From the NCBI GenBank assembly GCA_013360215.1, contig JABWCP010000026.1, positions 1 through 45,466 on the forward strand: a stretch of DNA of 45,466 bases, in the 5' to 3' direction. The notes below the pieces were generated by a model, which was not told the origin of the DNA, did no database searches, and saw nothing but the letters and a program-made list of their open reading frames with translations. Below are positions 37,569 to 45,466 of this stretch, in pieces (position 1 is the stretch's first letter; each line of letters starts with the position of its first letter). Origin of the DNA: a bacterium (GTDB lineage: Bacteria; CLD3; SB21). The position numbers were made by a program, and so were the translations under genes.

Positions 37569-38410
37569 GGTTTTTTTTGCTCCGCATAGTTTTGACTCGC
37601 ACGGAGTAATATTTCTTTTTCCTCCGCCGTCAGTTTATCGTAACCTACTTCATTGATTTTATCCAATATCTCATCCACCCGATCACGAATAACCTGCTTG
37701 GGTTCAGGCGGTTTGGGTCGGCTCTGAACGGTCATTACCGGCGGTGTAACCGGAGGACGTTCTGCGGTGCGCGGTTTCGGAGTTTCCTGCATTTTCCGCT
37801 TGAACCACTCTTTTTTCAAATACAAAAATCCGAAGACCATACCACCAAGATGCGCAAGGTGGGCGATATTATCTCCGCTGGGATTGGCGATATTCATAAA
37901 CGTAATCACACCGTAGATCATCACCATGTATTTGGCTTTGATGGGAAATAAAAAACTCATCATGATGATTTGATCGGGAAAGGTCATGCCAAAAGCCAAC
38001 AATATGCCAAACACCGCACCCGACGCACCAACGACAATGCCGTTCGAAAAAAATAAAAATGTCAGACCCGCACCCACGCCGCAGATAAAATAATATTTCA
38101 CAAATTCACGACTGCCCCACACCATTTCCAGTTCTTTGCCAAACATCCACAGAGCCAGCATATTAAACAAAATGTGAAAAGGATCATTGGCACTATGCAA
38201 AAACATATAGGTCACAAGTTGCCAGATTTCGCCATCCCAGATGTAGGGTGACAAGGCCAAATGCATGGATACCCATCGTCCCAATCCAAAAAATATCAGG
38301 ATGTACTGGATAAAATATACCACGACATTGATCGAAATAAGAAGTTTGACCATCGGATAGTCGGTTCCCAACCACCGGTTATAACTGTCAAATCGGGAAT
38401 GATAACGCAT
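37565..38410 (-). CDS. Rhomboid family intramembrane serine protease with a C-terminal DUF6576-like domain
   Basis: WQLVTYMFLH...HILFNM, catalytic GASG, AHLAHLGG; C-terminal VDEILDKI...GYDKLT.EEKE.L. Confidence 0.93.
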   Translation of the reverse strand: MRYHSRFDSYNRWLGTDYPMVKLLISINVVVYFIQYILIFFGLGRWVSMHLALSPYIWDGEIWQLVTYMFLHSANDPFHILFNMLALWMFGKELEMVWGSREFVKYYFICGVGAGLTFLFFSNGIVVGASGAVFGILLAFGMTFPDQIIMMSFLFPIKAKYMVMIYGVITFMNIANPSGDNIAHLAHLGGMVFGFLYLKKEWFKRKMQETPKPRTAERPPVTPPVMTVQSRPKPPEPKQVIRDRVDEILDKINEVGYDKLTAEEKEILLRASQNYAEQKKP

Positions 38411-38427
38411 GCATTAACTTTCTTTAT

Positions 38428-39657
38428 TTAAGGAATCGGTATTTTTTCATACACCGGCAACGGGATAAAACTTACAAAAAAAATAAGGAACGATACAATA
38501 CCAATCGCAATTCGTTTGTTATCCAGCGGTTCGTCTTCATCCATCACCCGCGGATGTTTAAATCGAATCAAAAATAAAATCAGGAGCGCCCAGATAAACC
38601 AGCTCCCCGCGCCATAGAATAAACCGATCGTAATGATCACGGCAAATGCCCCATATGCCACAAAACGTTGCTTTGATCCGATCAGTGCATATAAAATATG
38701 ACCACCGTCCAATTGGCCGATCGGAAGCATATTAAGCGCGGTGACCAATAATCCAAACCATCCTGCGAAGATAAACGGATAATGCACGATATCATACATC
38801 GCCGGCATACGATCACCGGCGAGTTCGTGGCCAAGCCATCTGAACAGCAACGAATCACCAAAATACATCACAGGCTGGCCCGAAAAAATTTCCTCTACAT
38901 TGTAAAACTGATACGCCCATGTTTTATCCGGGATGGTTGCAAAACCGTATATGAGCACGAATAAACACACCACGAATCCCGCAATCGGTCCTGCCGCACC
39001 GACATCCATGAGTTGGCGTTTGTTAATAATCGGCGACTTGATACGAATAAAAGCACCAAACGTGCCGGGCATAATTGTTGTCCCAAGAAAACCCAACCAC
39101 GGTATCGGCGGAATAAGAATCCCCGGAAGATAATAAGGCAATGTCACATTAAGCTTATGGTAACGCGCGGCAAAATAATGTCCGAATTCATGCGCTGTTA
39201 ATATACCTAACAGCGAAAAAGAAAACTGAAAACCCATCACCCAATCCCAGTCATCGGACAATGATCTGTTGGTTATCGTTGCGGCGCCCGTCATGAATAC
39301 GACAGCAAACGTAATAACAAACAAGATGCCATTTACCCAAGGATTGCTTAGCCATGCCCAGCGGCTGGGCGTTTCGACCTCCTGCGTCATCGTGTAACGT
39401 CGTATCGGATTCCATGCGGCCGTTACGGGTTCGATCCTGAGCACGATCGTATCTTCCATTCCGCGCGGAATGCGGTTGATGCTGGCAATCGAACTTTTAA
39501 GTCCGAGCGGCGCCAAACGTGCCTCGATTTGCGCCATAAGATCCGTGTTGATCTGCGGTGTACGCAAAGCTACGTAGGCGGTATCCCACTCGAAAACTAT
39601 TTCTTCGATAGCTATCAGATCGCCCAGCGCGGCGCGCAATTGTTCATCCATTATCAT
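38428..39657 (-). CDS. Site-2 protease (peptidase M50) family membrane metalloprotease
   Basis: HEFGH zinc motif, GTFGAFIRI, AGPIAGF, NMLPIGQLDGGH. Confidence 0.93.
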   Translation of the reverse strand: MIMDEQLRAALGDLIAIEEIVFEWDTAYVALRTPQINTDLMAQIEARLAPLGLKSSIASINRIPRGMEDTIVLRIEPVTAAWNPIRRYTMTQEVETPSRWAWLSNPWVNGILFVITFAVVFMTGAATITNRSLSDDWDWVMGFQFSFSLLGILTAHEFGHYFAARYHKLNVTLPYYLPGILIPPIPWLGFLGTTIMPGTFGAFIRIKSPIINKRQLMDVGAAGPIAGFVVCLFVLIYGFATIPDKTWAYQFYNVEEIFSGQPVMYFGDSLLFRWLGHELAGDRMPAMYDIVHYPFIFAGWFGLLVTALNMLPIGQLDGGHILYALIGSKQRFVAYGAFAVIITIGLFYGAGSWFIWALLILFLIRFKHPRVMDEDEPLDNKRIAIGIVSFLIFFVSFIPLPVYEKIPIP

Positions 39658-39698
39658 TATCCGTGATTTTAAATCTTATTTACATTATCATCGCACCG

Positions 39699-40868
39699 AT
39701 GCATAACCTCACTCCGCCACAGCACATCATCTTACTCGCCGGTGAAAAATCGGGCGATCTGTATGGCGCATTATTAGCACAGCGACTTCTGAGTATCAAT
39801 CCGACTAGCCGACTGTCCGGTATCGGCGGTGATGCGATGCAAAAAGCCGGTGTGCAACTATGGGAAAATACCACGTATCATTCTGTCATGGGCTTCGTTG
39901 AAGTTTTTCGTTCGATCCGTTACTGGTTAAAACTGCGAAAAAAAGTAATCCGCCATATCATTGCCGAAAAACCTGCCGCTATTATTCTGATTGATTTCCC
40001 GGATTTCAATCTATCCGTCGCACGCTTGATAAAAAAAACGCTGGGAGAACGCAGTCCTTTTATTTTTTATTTTATTCCGCCGCAAGTTTGGATTTGGCGA
40101 AAAAAACGCATCCATCGCATCGCCAAATTATGCCATACCGTGTACCCGCTTTTTTCATTTGAAAACGACTTATATCAAAGCCGCGGAATACGAAGTCGCT
40201 ACTTCGGTCATCCGATTCGCGACATGCTTAGCGCCGGAAAATATCCCCAAAACCCGCATCAAAAGCAAGATAACCACATAACGCTCGGACTTCTTCCAGG
40301 CAGTCGCAACCAGGAAGTTGTACGCATACTTCCTATCATGTTACAAAGTATCCTTCTTTATTCGCAACGATCAAGGCAACCCCTTCATCTGTATATAAGT
40401 CGCGTCGGCGAAGTAGATGCGTCCATCTATGAAACGACCCATCGGCATTTTCCGACATTAAATATTACATGGTGCCATACGAGCGATGAGGTGATAACTC
40501 ACAGTGATGCCATCTTGGCCAAATCGGGAACCGTCAATCTCGAACTGATCTACCATCGTAAAGTGTCGTTGATCGTGTACCGTACCGGCACACTCACCTA
40601 CCTGATCGCACGCGCCTGGTTGCGTATTCGTCATATTTCGCTGATCAATATCCTCGCAGGAAATACCGTCGTGCGTGAATTTATACAACACCACGCCCGG
40701 CCTGAATCCATCGCGCAAGAAATCGAGCAATTACTTCTCAATGACGTGTATCGCCATCACATGCTCGACGAACTGGATAAACTGCGCGCCTCACTATTTC
40801 CAGAATCGGAATCCCCATCGGTTGTAAATCAGATCGCCGCAGACATGCTCAGTATAATTTGCCGATAA
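39699..40868 (+). CDS. lpxB: Lipid-A-disaccharide synthase
   Basis: AGEKSGD, GIGG..M, VMGFVEV, IDFPDFN, PQVW.WR, GHP, LLPGSR.QE, KSGT. ATG 39699 preferred. Confidence 0.93.
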   Translation: MHNLTPPQHIILLAGEKSGDLYGALLAQRLLSINPTSRLSGIGGDAMQKAGVQLWENTTYHSVMGFVEVFRSIRYWLKLRKKVIRHIIAEKPAAIILIDFPDFNLSVARLIKKTLGERSPFIFYFIPPQVWIWRKKRIHRIAKLCHTVYPLFSFENDLYQSRGIRSRYFGHPIRDMLSAGKYPQNPHQKQDNHITLGLLPGSRNQEVVRILPIMLQSILLYSQRSRQPLHLYISRVGEVDASIYETTHRHFPTLNITWCHTSDEVITHSDAILAKSGTVNLELIYHRKVSLIVYRTGTLTYLIARAWLRIRHISLINILAGNTVVREFIQHHARPESIAQEIEQLLLNDVYRHHMLDELDKLRASLFPESESPSVVNQIAADMLSIICR

Positions 40869-40880
40869 CAGAAAAATAAA

Positions 40881-40959
40881 AGAGGCTGTTTCAGCCGCTC
40901 AACTTGATTTTTTCATGCGACGAAAAAATCTTACCCATTGAACTTTTGAAACAGCCTCT
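40881..40959. mobile_element. Candidate MITE (79 bp) with terminal inverted repeats and a 4-bp flanking direct repeat
   Basis: AGAGGCTGTTTCA...TGAAACAGCCTCT, inner GATTTTTTC/GAAAAAATC palindrome, TAAA on both flanks (40877-40880, 40960-40963). Confidence 0.55.
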
Positions 40960-40982
40960 TAAAAGCTGAACCGTATTAAATT

Positions 40983-41933
40983 TTATTTTTTGCCTTCGCT
41001 CAATTTGCGTGCTTGCTCTTCGGCGGCTTTGGCCTCTTCCAGTCGGCCTGTTTCTTTGTACAGTGTAGCGAGCATGACGTGCGCTTGCACCATATCAGGC
41101 TTCATGGCGATCAAAGCTTTGATGGCTGTTTCGGCTTCTTTCATCAAACCGTAATCGCGATACAATGCCGCACTCAAAAGATACCACTGCGGATTGGTGT
41201 TATCATTATTGCAAACTTTGGCCACTTCTTTGATGTCGTCTTCCAACGTTTCTTTATCTTCCGGAGCCAGTAATGAAAACTTGGCTGTCGGAGAAACTTC
41301 AGCGCCGGTCGCATCTTTGATGGACCATTGATATTTTTCATCAGACTTCAATTTGGGCGCTGTTTTAGGATACGCAGCTTGTTTTGACCCCTTGATGGTC
41401 ATTTCGTATTTAAAATCAGAAATTTCACTCGAAATCGTGATCACATAGTCATTGCCCGGTGTGGCGCGGTGGTCGGCCCATTCGAAAACGGGACTATCGT
41501 TGATGACTTTGGATTCTGAAGGATATACCGCGGTGATATTACGATTGGCATCACCGGCCCAAGCGCGTGTCGCTCCGGCCATGGACGAATTAGAAGCTTC
41601 TCCCCACAACATTCCCGACAGAGATTTGTACAATCCCGACAGGAATGAATCTTCCGTTTTGACGGCCGTAATCACGTGATTTTGTCCGGCTTTCAGAACG
41701 ACTTCTTTGCCGCTGTAATACATGACGCTGACGGAACTGTTGGCGCTGGCTGTGATCTTATCGCCGGCCAGCAATTTGAGGCTGGGCGATGCTTTTTTTT
41801 CTTTACCCGACGCATCGGTTACTTTGATAGTGCCTTTGATGGATGACAGGAACGCGACACCGTTATCCTGCCCGTTAACCGCCGAAAGGCTCAAAGCCAA
41901 TGCGACGAACCATGTTAACATAAATGACTTCAT
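40983..41933 (-). CDS. Secreted protein with FecR-like N-terminus, Ig/DUF928-like middle and C-terminal TPR
   Basis: Signal peptide; G.I.V...L..GD.I pattern; P.FEW...Y...L....YQW.I; TPR-like helices at the end; follows the CHASE2 cyclase. Confidence 0.6.
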   Translation of the reverse strand: MKSFMLTWFVALALSLSAVNGQDNGVAFLSSIKGTIKVTDASGKEKKASPSLKLLAGDKITASANSSVSVMYYSGKEVVLKAGQNHVITAVKTEDSFLSGLYKSLSGMLWGEASNSSMAGATRAWAGDANRNITAVYPSESKVINDSPVFEWADHRATPGNDYVITISSEISDFKYEMTIKGSKQAAYPKTAPKLKSDEKYQWSIKDATGAEVSPTAKFSLLAPEDKETLEDDIKEVAKVCNNDNTNPQWYLLSAALYRDYGLMKEAETAIKALIAMKPDMVQAHVMLATLYKETGRLEEAKAAEEQARKLSEGKK

Positions 41934-42058
41934 ACCTCACCTCTCTATGTTAGAATACTCATCTCAAAACTTTGTTGAACTGATGTGAATACAAACGAAA
42001 GTCATCAGGTAAACCGCTTCGCGCGAATATAATTTAAAACCTCTTGTAAACTCAAGGC

Positions 42059-44176
42059 TTATTTCGATGTCAGATGGTATGTACCATCCCAATCCGGCGC
42101 CGGCGGTTCTGCGATAAACTGCTTACAGCGGTGAATATACAGCTTGGACGGTTCATCCGTATGCGCATAGGTAAGCGCTTGCTCAAATCGGCGGATCGCT
42201 TCGCTCCATTCACGTTTGTGGTACAGATCAATACCTTCCTGATAACGTGCCAAAAGATGGCGTGTGTTTTCCGGCAAAGGCTCATTAGCACGACCCAAAA
42301 GTTCGTACACTTTGACCGGTTTGGTTTTGCCTTTGACGACGATCATATCCAGTTCGCGCACGATCACCCGCTCACGCACCTGAGCATGGGTAAATTCGCT
42401 GATCATCAGATAGGTGCCATATTGTTTATTCGCCGCCTCGAGGCGCGATGCCAGGTTCATGGCATCACCGATGCCCGTATAATCGTATCGGATATCCGAA
42501 CCGATATTACCAAACACTACCCGGCCGGTATTCACACCGATACGATTGCGAATGGCCGGCATACCTTTAGCCATCCATTTAGCACGAAATTCTTCTAAGG
42601 AAGATTGCATGTCCAGCGCTGCATAACACGCATGCAGCGCATGTTCATTTTGCGGCAATGGTGCACCAAATACGGCCACGATCGCATCGCCGATATATTT
42701 ATCCAACGTACCGCCTTGTTGAAAAATACGTTGCGTCATCGCGTTAAGATAATCGTTGAGCAATTCGACCAATTGTTTCGGTGCCATCGTCTCTGAAATG
42801 GACGTGAATCCTTCGATATCCGAAAACAGAATACTGATTTCTTTTTCTTCGCCGCCAAGCTCCAGTTTCGACGGATCCAGCACAAGTTGGTCTACATACG
42901 CCGGTGGCGCGTAGCGCGAAAACATTCCTTTGATCTGCTTTTTATCGTGTTCTTCCGTAAACGCCTGAAATATGGATGTCATAAAATATGAAAGCAGAAC
43001 CACCAGAGACAGGCTTACGGCGGGAATCCACCATCCCCCGGCAAACAGAATATGCGCTCCGGTCCATACGGTGATTAAAAGAACGGTCAGCGTGGCCATT
43101 TCGGCGGCGAATCCCAAACGTACCGTAGCCATCACCATAGTGATACTGAGCAGCAGCATACACAGTGCGATCACCGGCCAGCCGGGTTTATCAATAAATG
43201 ACTTATTAAGCAGGGTGAGAAATGCATTGGCATGTACTTCGGCGCCGTACATCCAATTGCGGCGTGTTTGTTCGAAAAACGGGGTGATAAACCGATCGGG
43301 TACAAATTCCGAACCGTTTCCGACAACGATCAATTTATCTTTGAAAATATCTTCCGGCCATTCGATATCGCCGGTCAGCTGACTACTGCGGTAGGTCGTA
43401 ATGCGGCTCGGCGTCATTTGCGTCCACGTACCGTCCTCCTGTTTCACCCATTCGCTCGGTGCGCTGATATAGTTGATCAGCATGTTGCCTTGGGCATCAC
43501 GCGGAATACGCGGCAAAAGTTGCCAGCGATTTTCACGTATATCACGGATAAATTCCTCCGCCGGAAGATCCATCATCTGGCAGTAAGCCGCCGCTGAAAA
43601 AGAAAGCAACATGGTATTGTCGGACATGGTAGCCACCGGACGCACTTCGCGCACACTCGCTAAACCGCCGCCGCCGGAAATCTGAAGATTGGCATATCCC
43701 ACGGCTTGCAAAGCGGGACGGAAAAACGGATCCGGTTCCTGTATGCGTATGGAACCGTCTTCACGTTGATGCCAAATCGAAACCGAAACGACATTGCGGG
43801 CACGGCGCATCGCATCGCGCAAAAGCGTGTCGCCCCGGGCGTCGAGTTGATCTAACTTATCATAAAAGGCGATATCAAGAGCGATTGTTTTCGCGCCTTT
43901 GGCCTTGAGTGTATCAATCAATCGCGCAAGATAACGCCGCGGTAATGGGTCATAATACCCAAAATCCTTTTCGTACGCCTTTTCGTCCACCATCACAACC
44001 ACGACAGGAATTTGTTCGGGCACATCGGTTCGTATCTTAAACAAAAAATCCAAACCGCTTTCTTCCCAGCTACGAAATGCCGGTGCATGCGCGACATTGA
44101 GCCCGACTAATACGGCGACGGCGACGATCATGCTGAGCCACAATTTTTTATTATGGCGCTTGACTTCTAACTTCAT
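42059..44176 (-). CDS. CHASE2-domain class III adenylate cyclase with a C-terminal TPR-like segment
   Basis: CHASE2 (PLPR..LA.LID.L...GAK.I.LDI, YGAEVHAN), three TMs, FSDIEGFT, DKYIGD (Lys indicates ATP), RIGVNTG, YTGIGDAMNLASRLE, VKGK. ATG 44176 with GGAG upstream. Confidence 0.93.
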   Translation of the reverse strand: MKLEVKRHNKKLWLSMIVAVAVLVGLNVAHAPAFRSWEESGLDFLFKIRTDVPEQIPVVVVMVDEKAYEKDFGYYDPLPRRYLARLIDTLKAKGAKTIALDIAFYDKLDQLDARGDTLLRDAMRRARNVVSVSIWHQREDGSIRIQEPDPFFRPALQAVGYANLQISGGGGLASVREVRPVATMSDNTMLLSFSAAAYCQMMDLPAEEFIRDIRENRWQLLPRIPRDAQGNMLINYISAPSEWVKQEDGTWTQMTPSRITTYRSSQLTGDIEWPEDIFKDKLIVVGNGSEFVPDRFITPFFEQTRRNWMYGAEVHANAFLTLLNKSFIDKPGWPVIALCMLLLSITMVMATVRLGFAAEMATLTVLLITVWTGAHILFAGGWWIPAVSLSLVVLLSYFMTSIFQAFTEEHDKKQIKGMFSRYAPPAYVDQLVLDPSKLELGGEEKEISILFSDIEGFTSISETMAPKQLVELLNDYLNAMTQRIFQQGGTLDKYIGDAIVAVFGAPLPQNEHALHACYAALDMQSSLEEFRAKWMAKGMPAIRNRIGVNTGRVVFGNIGSDIRYDYTGIGDAMNLASRLEAANKQYGTYLMISEFTHAQVRERVIVRELDMIVVKGKTKPVKVYELLGRANEPLPENTRHLLARYQEGIDLYHKREWSEAIRRFEQALTYAHTDEPSKLYIHRCKQFIAEPPAPDWDGTYHLTSK

Positions 44177-44203
44177 ACACAACTCCGGAAAATGGGGAAC
44201 AAT

Positions 44204-44761
44204 TTATCCTTGGATCGGCGCACTTTCCGTGCGCAGAGATACGCCCGAGTCCACCAAGCGGTGCAGGCGTTCATTGATTAATAGAATAGACGTGCTATCG
44301 CTAAACCGCATGCGAATGTGGCCGAATAATTTCCGGCGCAACTGAAGATGCAGTACGTTGTTTTGCCAATAAAACGATTTTATTTCATTCCACTGAAATT
44401 CCATTTCCGATTGGACATTGACACTCCCGATGCCGATTTCATTGAAAAAGCAGATGCGTGACACAACCGCATTGACAAAAAAACCGACGGCTAATGCTAT
44501 GCATGCGACCAGATTGGTGTGATTTTCGGCATCGGATAAGAGAATCAGCGCACTGATAAGTAACGTGACAAAAAATCCGCACCAGTACACTATGGTTTCC
44601 AAACGCCCTGCGGTCGCCTGATAAAACTGTGCTTTGCCCATCGTGCGTTCACTAAATCGGATGACCGCATATAATTCCTGATAGATATTGGCCAATACCG
44701 TAAATACCACAAGCGCATTGAAGATCAGCAGCATAAAAGAATGATTTTCGAACAAGGTCAT
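44204..44761 (-). CDS. Hypothetical membrane protein
   Basis: Three TM segments followed by a 'FQWNEIKSF.W' PH-like tail. Confidence 0.7.
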   Translation of the reverse strand: MTLFENHSFMLLIFNALVVFTVLANIYQELYAVIRFSERTMGKAQFYQATAGRLETIVYWCGFFVTLLISALILLSDAENHTNLVACIALAVGFFVNAVVSRICFFNEIGIGSVNVQSEMEFQWNEIKSFYWQNNVLHLQLRRKLFGHIRMRFSDSTSILLINERLHRLVDSGVSLRTESAPIQG

Positions 44762-44776
44762 ACCGTGCCGTATGTT

Positions 44777-45466
44777 TCAGAATTGATATTGAATTGAAAA
44801 ACGATTGAGTGTACCGATGCCCCATGATGCAAATGAATAATCCACGATATATTTATCGTATTTAAATCCTATACCGGCGGAGGCTCCGGCCATACGATCC
44901 AAAAAATCCGAAGAACCTGCATGCAATTCACGGTCACGCTGTAAGCTGTAACCGAGACGTACCGACCAACTTTCGTGCAGCATCCACTCTGCGCCGACTA
45001 CCGGGCTTTTGATCAGATCATTTTGTATATCGGTAAATGTCAGATTGACCGTAACCGGGGCATTCCGCAGTTTATAATTTACGCCGGCTTGCAATGATAA
45101 CGGCAGGCTTTCTTTATGGCGGATAAACGGATCACTGACGAAACCCGCATTGAGCAAAACAATGCCCAGGCGCACACGTTCCTCAGGTGAATACTGCACA
45201 CCGGCATCCATCGCCCATGCGGAAGATGTGAATTCATCAATCGTGCTCCGAATATATTTGAATGTCCCGCCGACGGAAATGTGTTCATCCAACATGCGCG
45301 CATAAAAAACATGCCACGCCATATCGTTGGCATGAAATGATGACGTCGCAGCACCATTGGCATCATAACCTTCAAATTCACCGTATGTGAAATACGTTAT
45401 TCCTACGCCTATATTACCACCCCAACGCGGCAACGGCTGGACATAACTTGCAAAACCTGAACCGAT
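44777..45466 (-). CDS. PorV/PorQ (UPF0164) family outer-membrane beta-barrel protein, 5' end outside the window
   Basis: Frame open to the window edge; YG.FEGYD..G...F.A.D, G...KYI.S.ID...A.D.G, LP..LQAG, GAE...RLGY, G.GF...VDYSF; terminal Phe. Confidence 0.8.
   Translation of the reverse strand: MGSGFASYVQPLPRWGGNIGVGITYFTYGEFEGYDANGAATSSFHANDMAWHVFYARMLDEHISVGGTFKYIRSTIDEFTSSAWAMDAGVQYSPEERVRLGIVLLNAGFVSDPFIRHKESLPLSLQAGVNYKLRNAPVTVNLTFTDIQNDLIKSPVVGAEWMLHESWSVRLGYSLQRDRELHAGSSDFLDRMAGASAGIGFKYDKYIVDYSFASWGIGTLNRFSIQYQF

Overview
Chromosomal window from a diderm bacterium, most likely a deep-branching FCB-superphylum lineage. Support: a short SigA lacking region 1.1, a PorV/PorQ-like gene, a TonB-dependent receptor and lpxB, yet clear Shine-Dalgarno motifs unlike Bacteroidia. 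Positions ~1-27.5 kb and ~36.7-45.5 kb are housekeeping and envelope genes: peptidases (M16, C92, S9, C14, rhomboid, M50), YyaL, acyl-CoA carboxylase beta, tsaD, a dGTPase-like gene, sigA, a SWIB protein, a GH63-like glucosidase, pyrF, lpxB and a CHASE2 adenylate cyclase. The interval ~27.6-36.7 kb is an accessory zone next to tRNA-Val(TAC). It holds a DUF433/DUF5615 toxin-antitoxin module with a frameshifted toxin between ~100-bp direct repeats, and an unannotated ~300-nt hairpin-dense stretch that looks like a + strand structured RNA. It also holds two N-terminally truncated RHS toxin modules with different tips, a string of orphan immunity-like genes, a displaced tRNA-Val copy bounding a 1.5-kb islet, and a tRNA 5'-half mimic with a replaced D-arm. 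All calls come from reading the sequence and recalling family motifs; no database searches were run.
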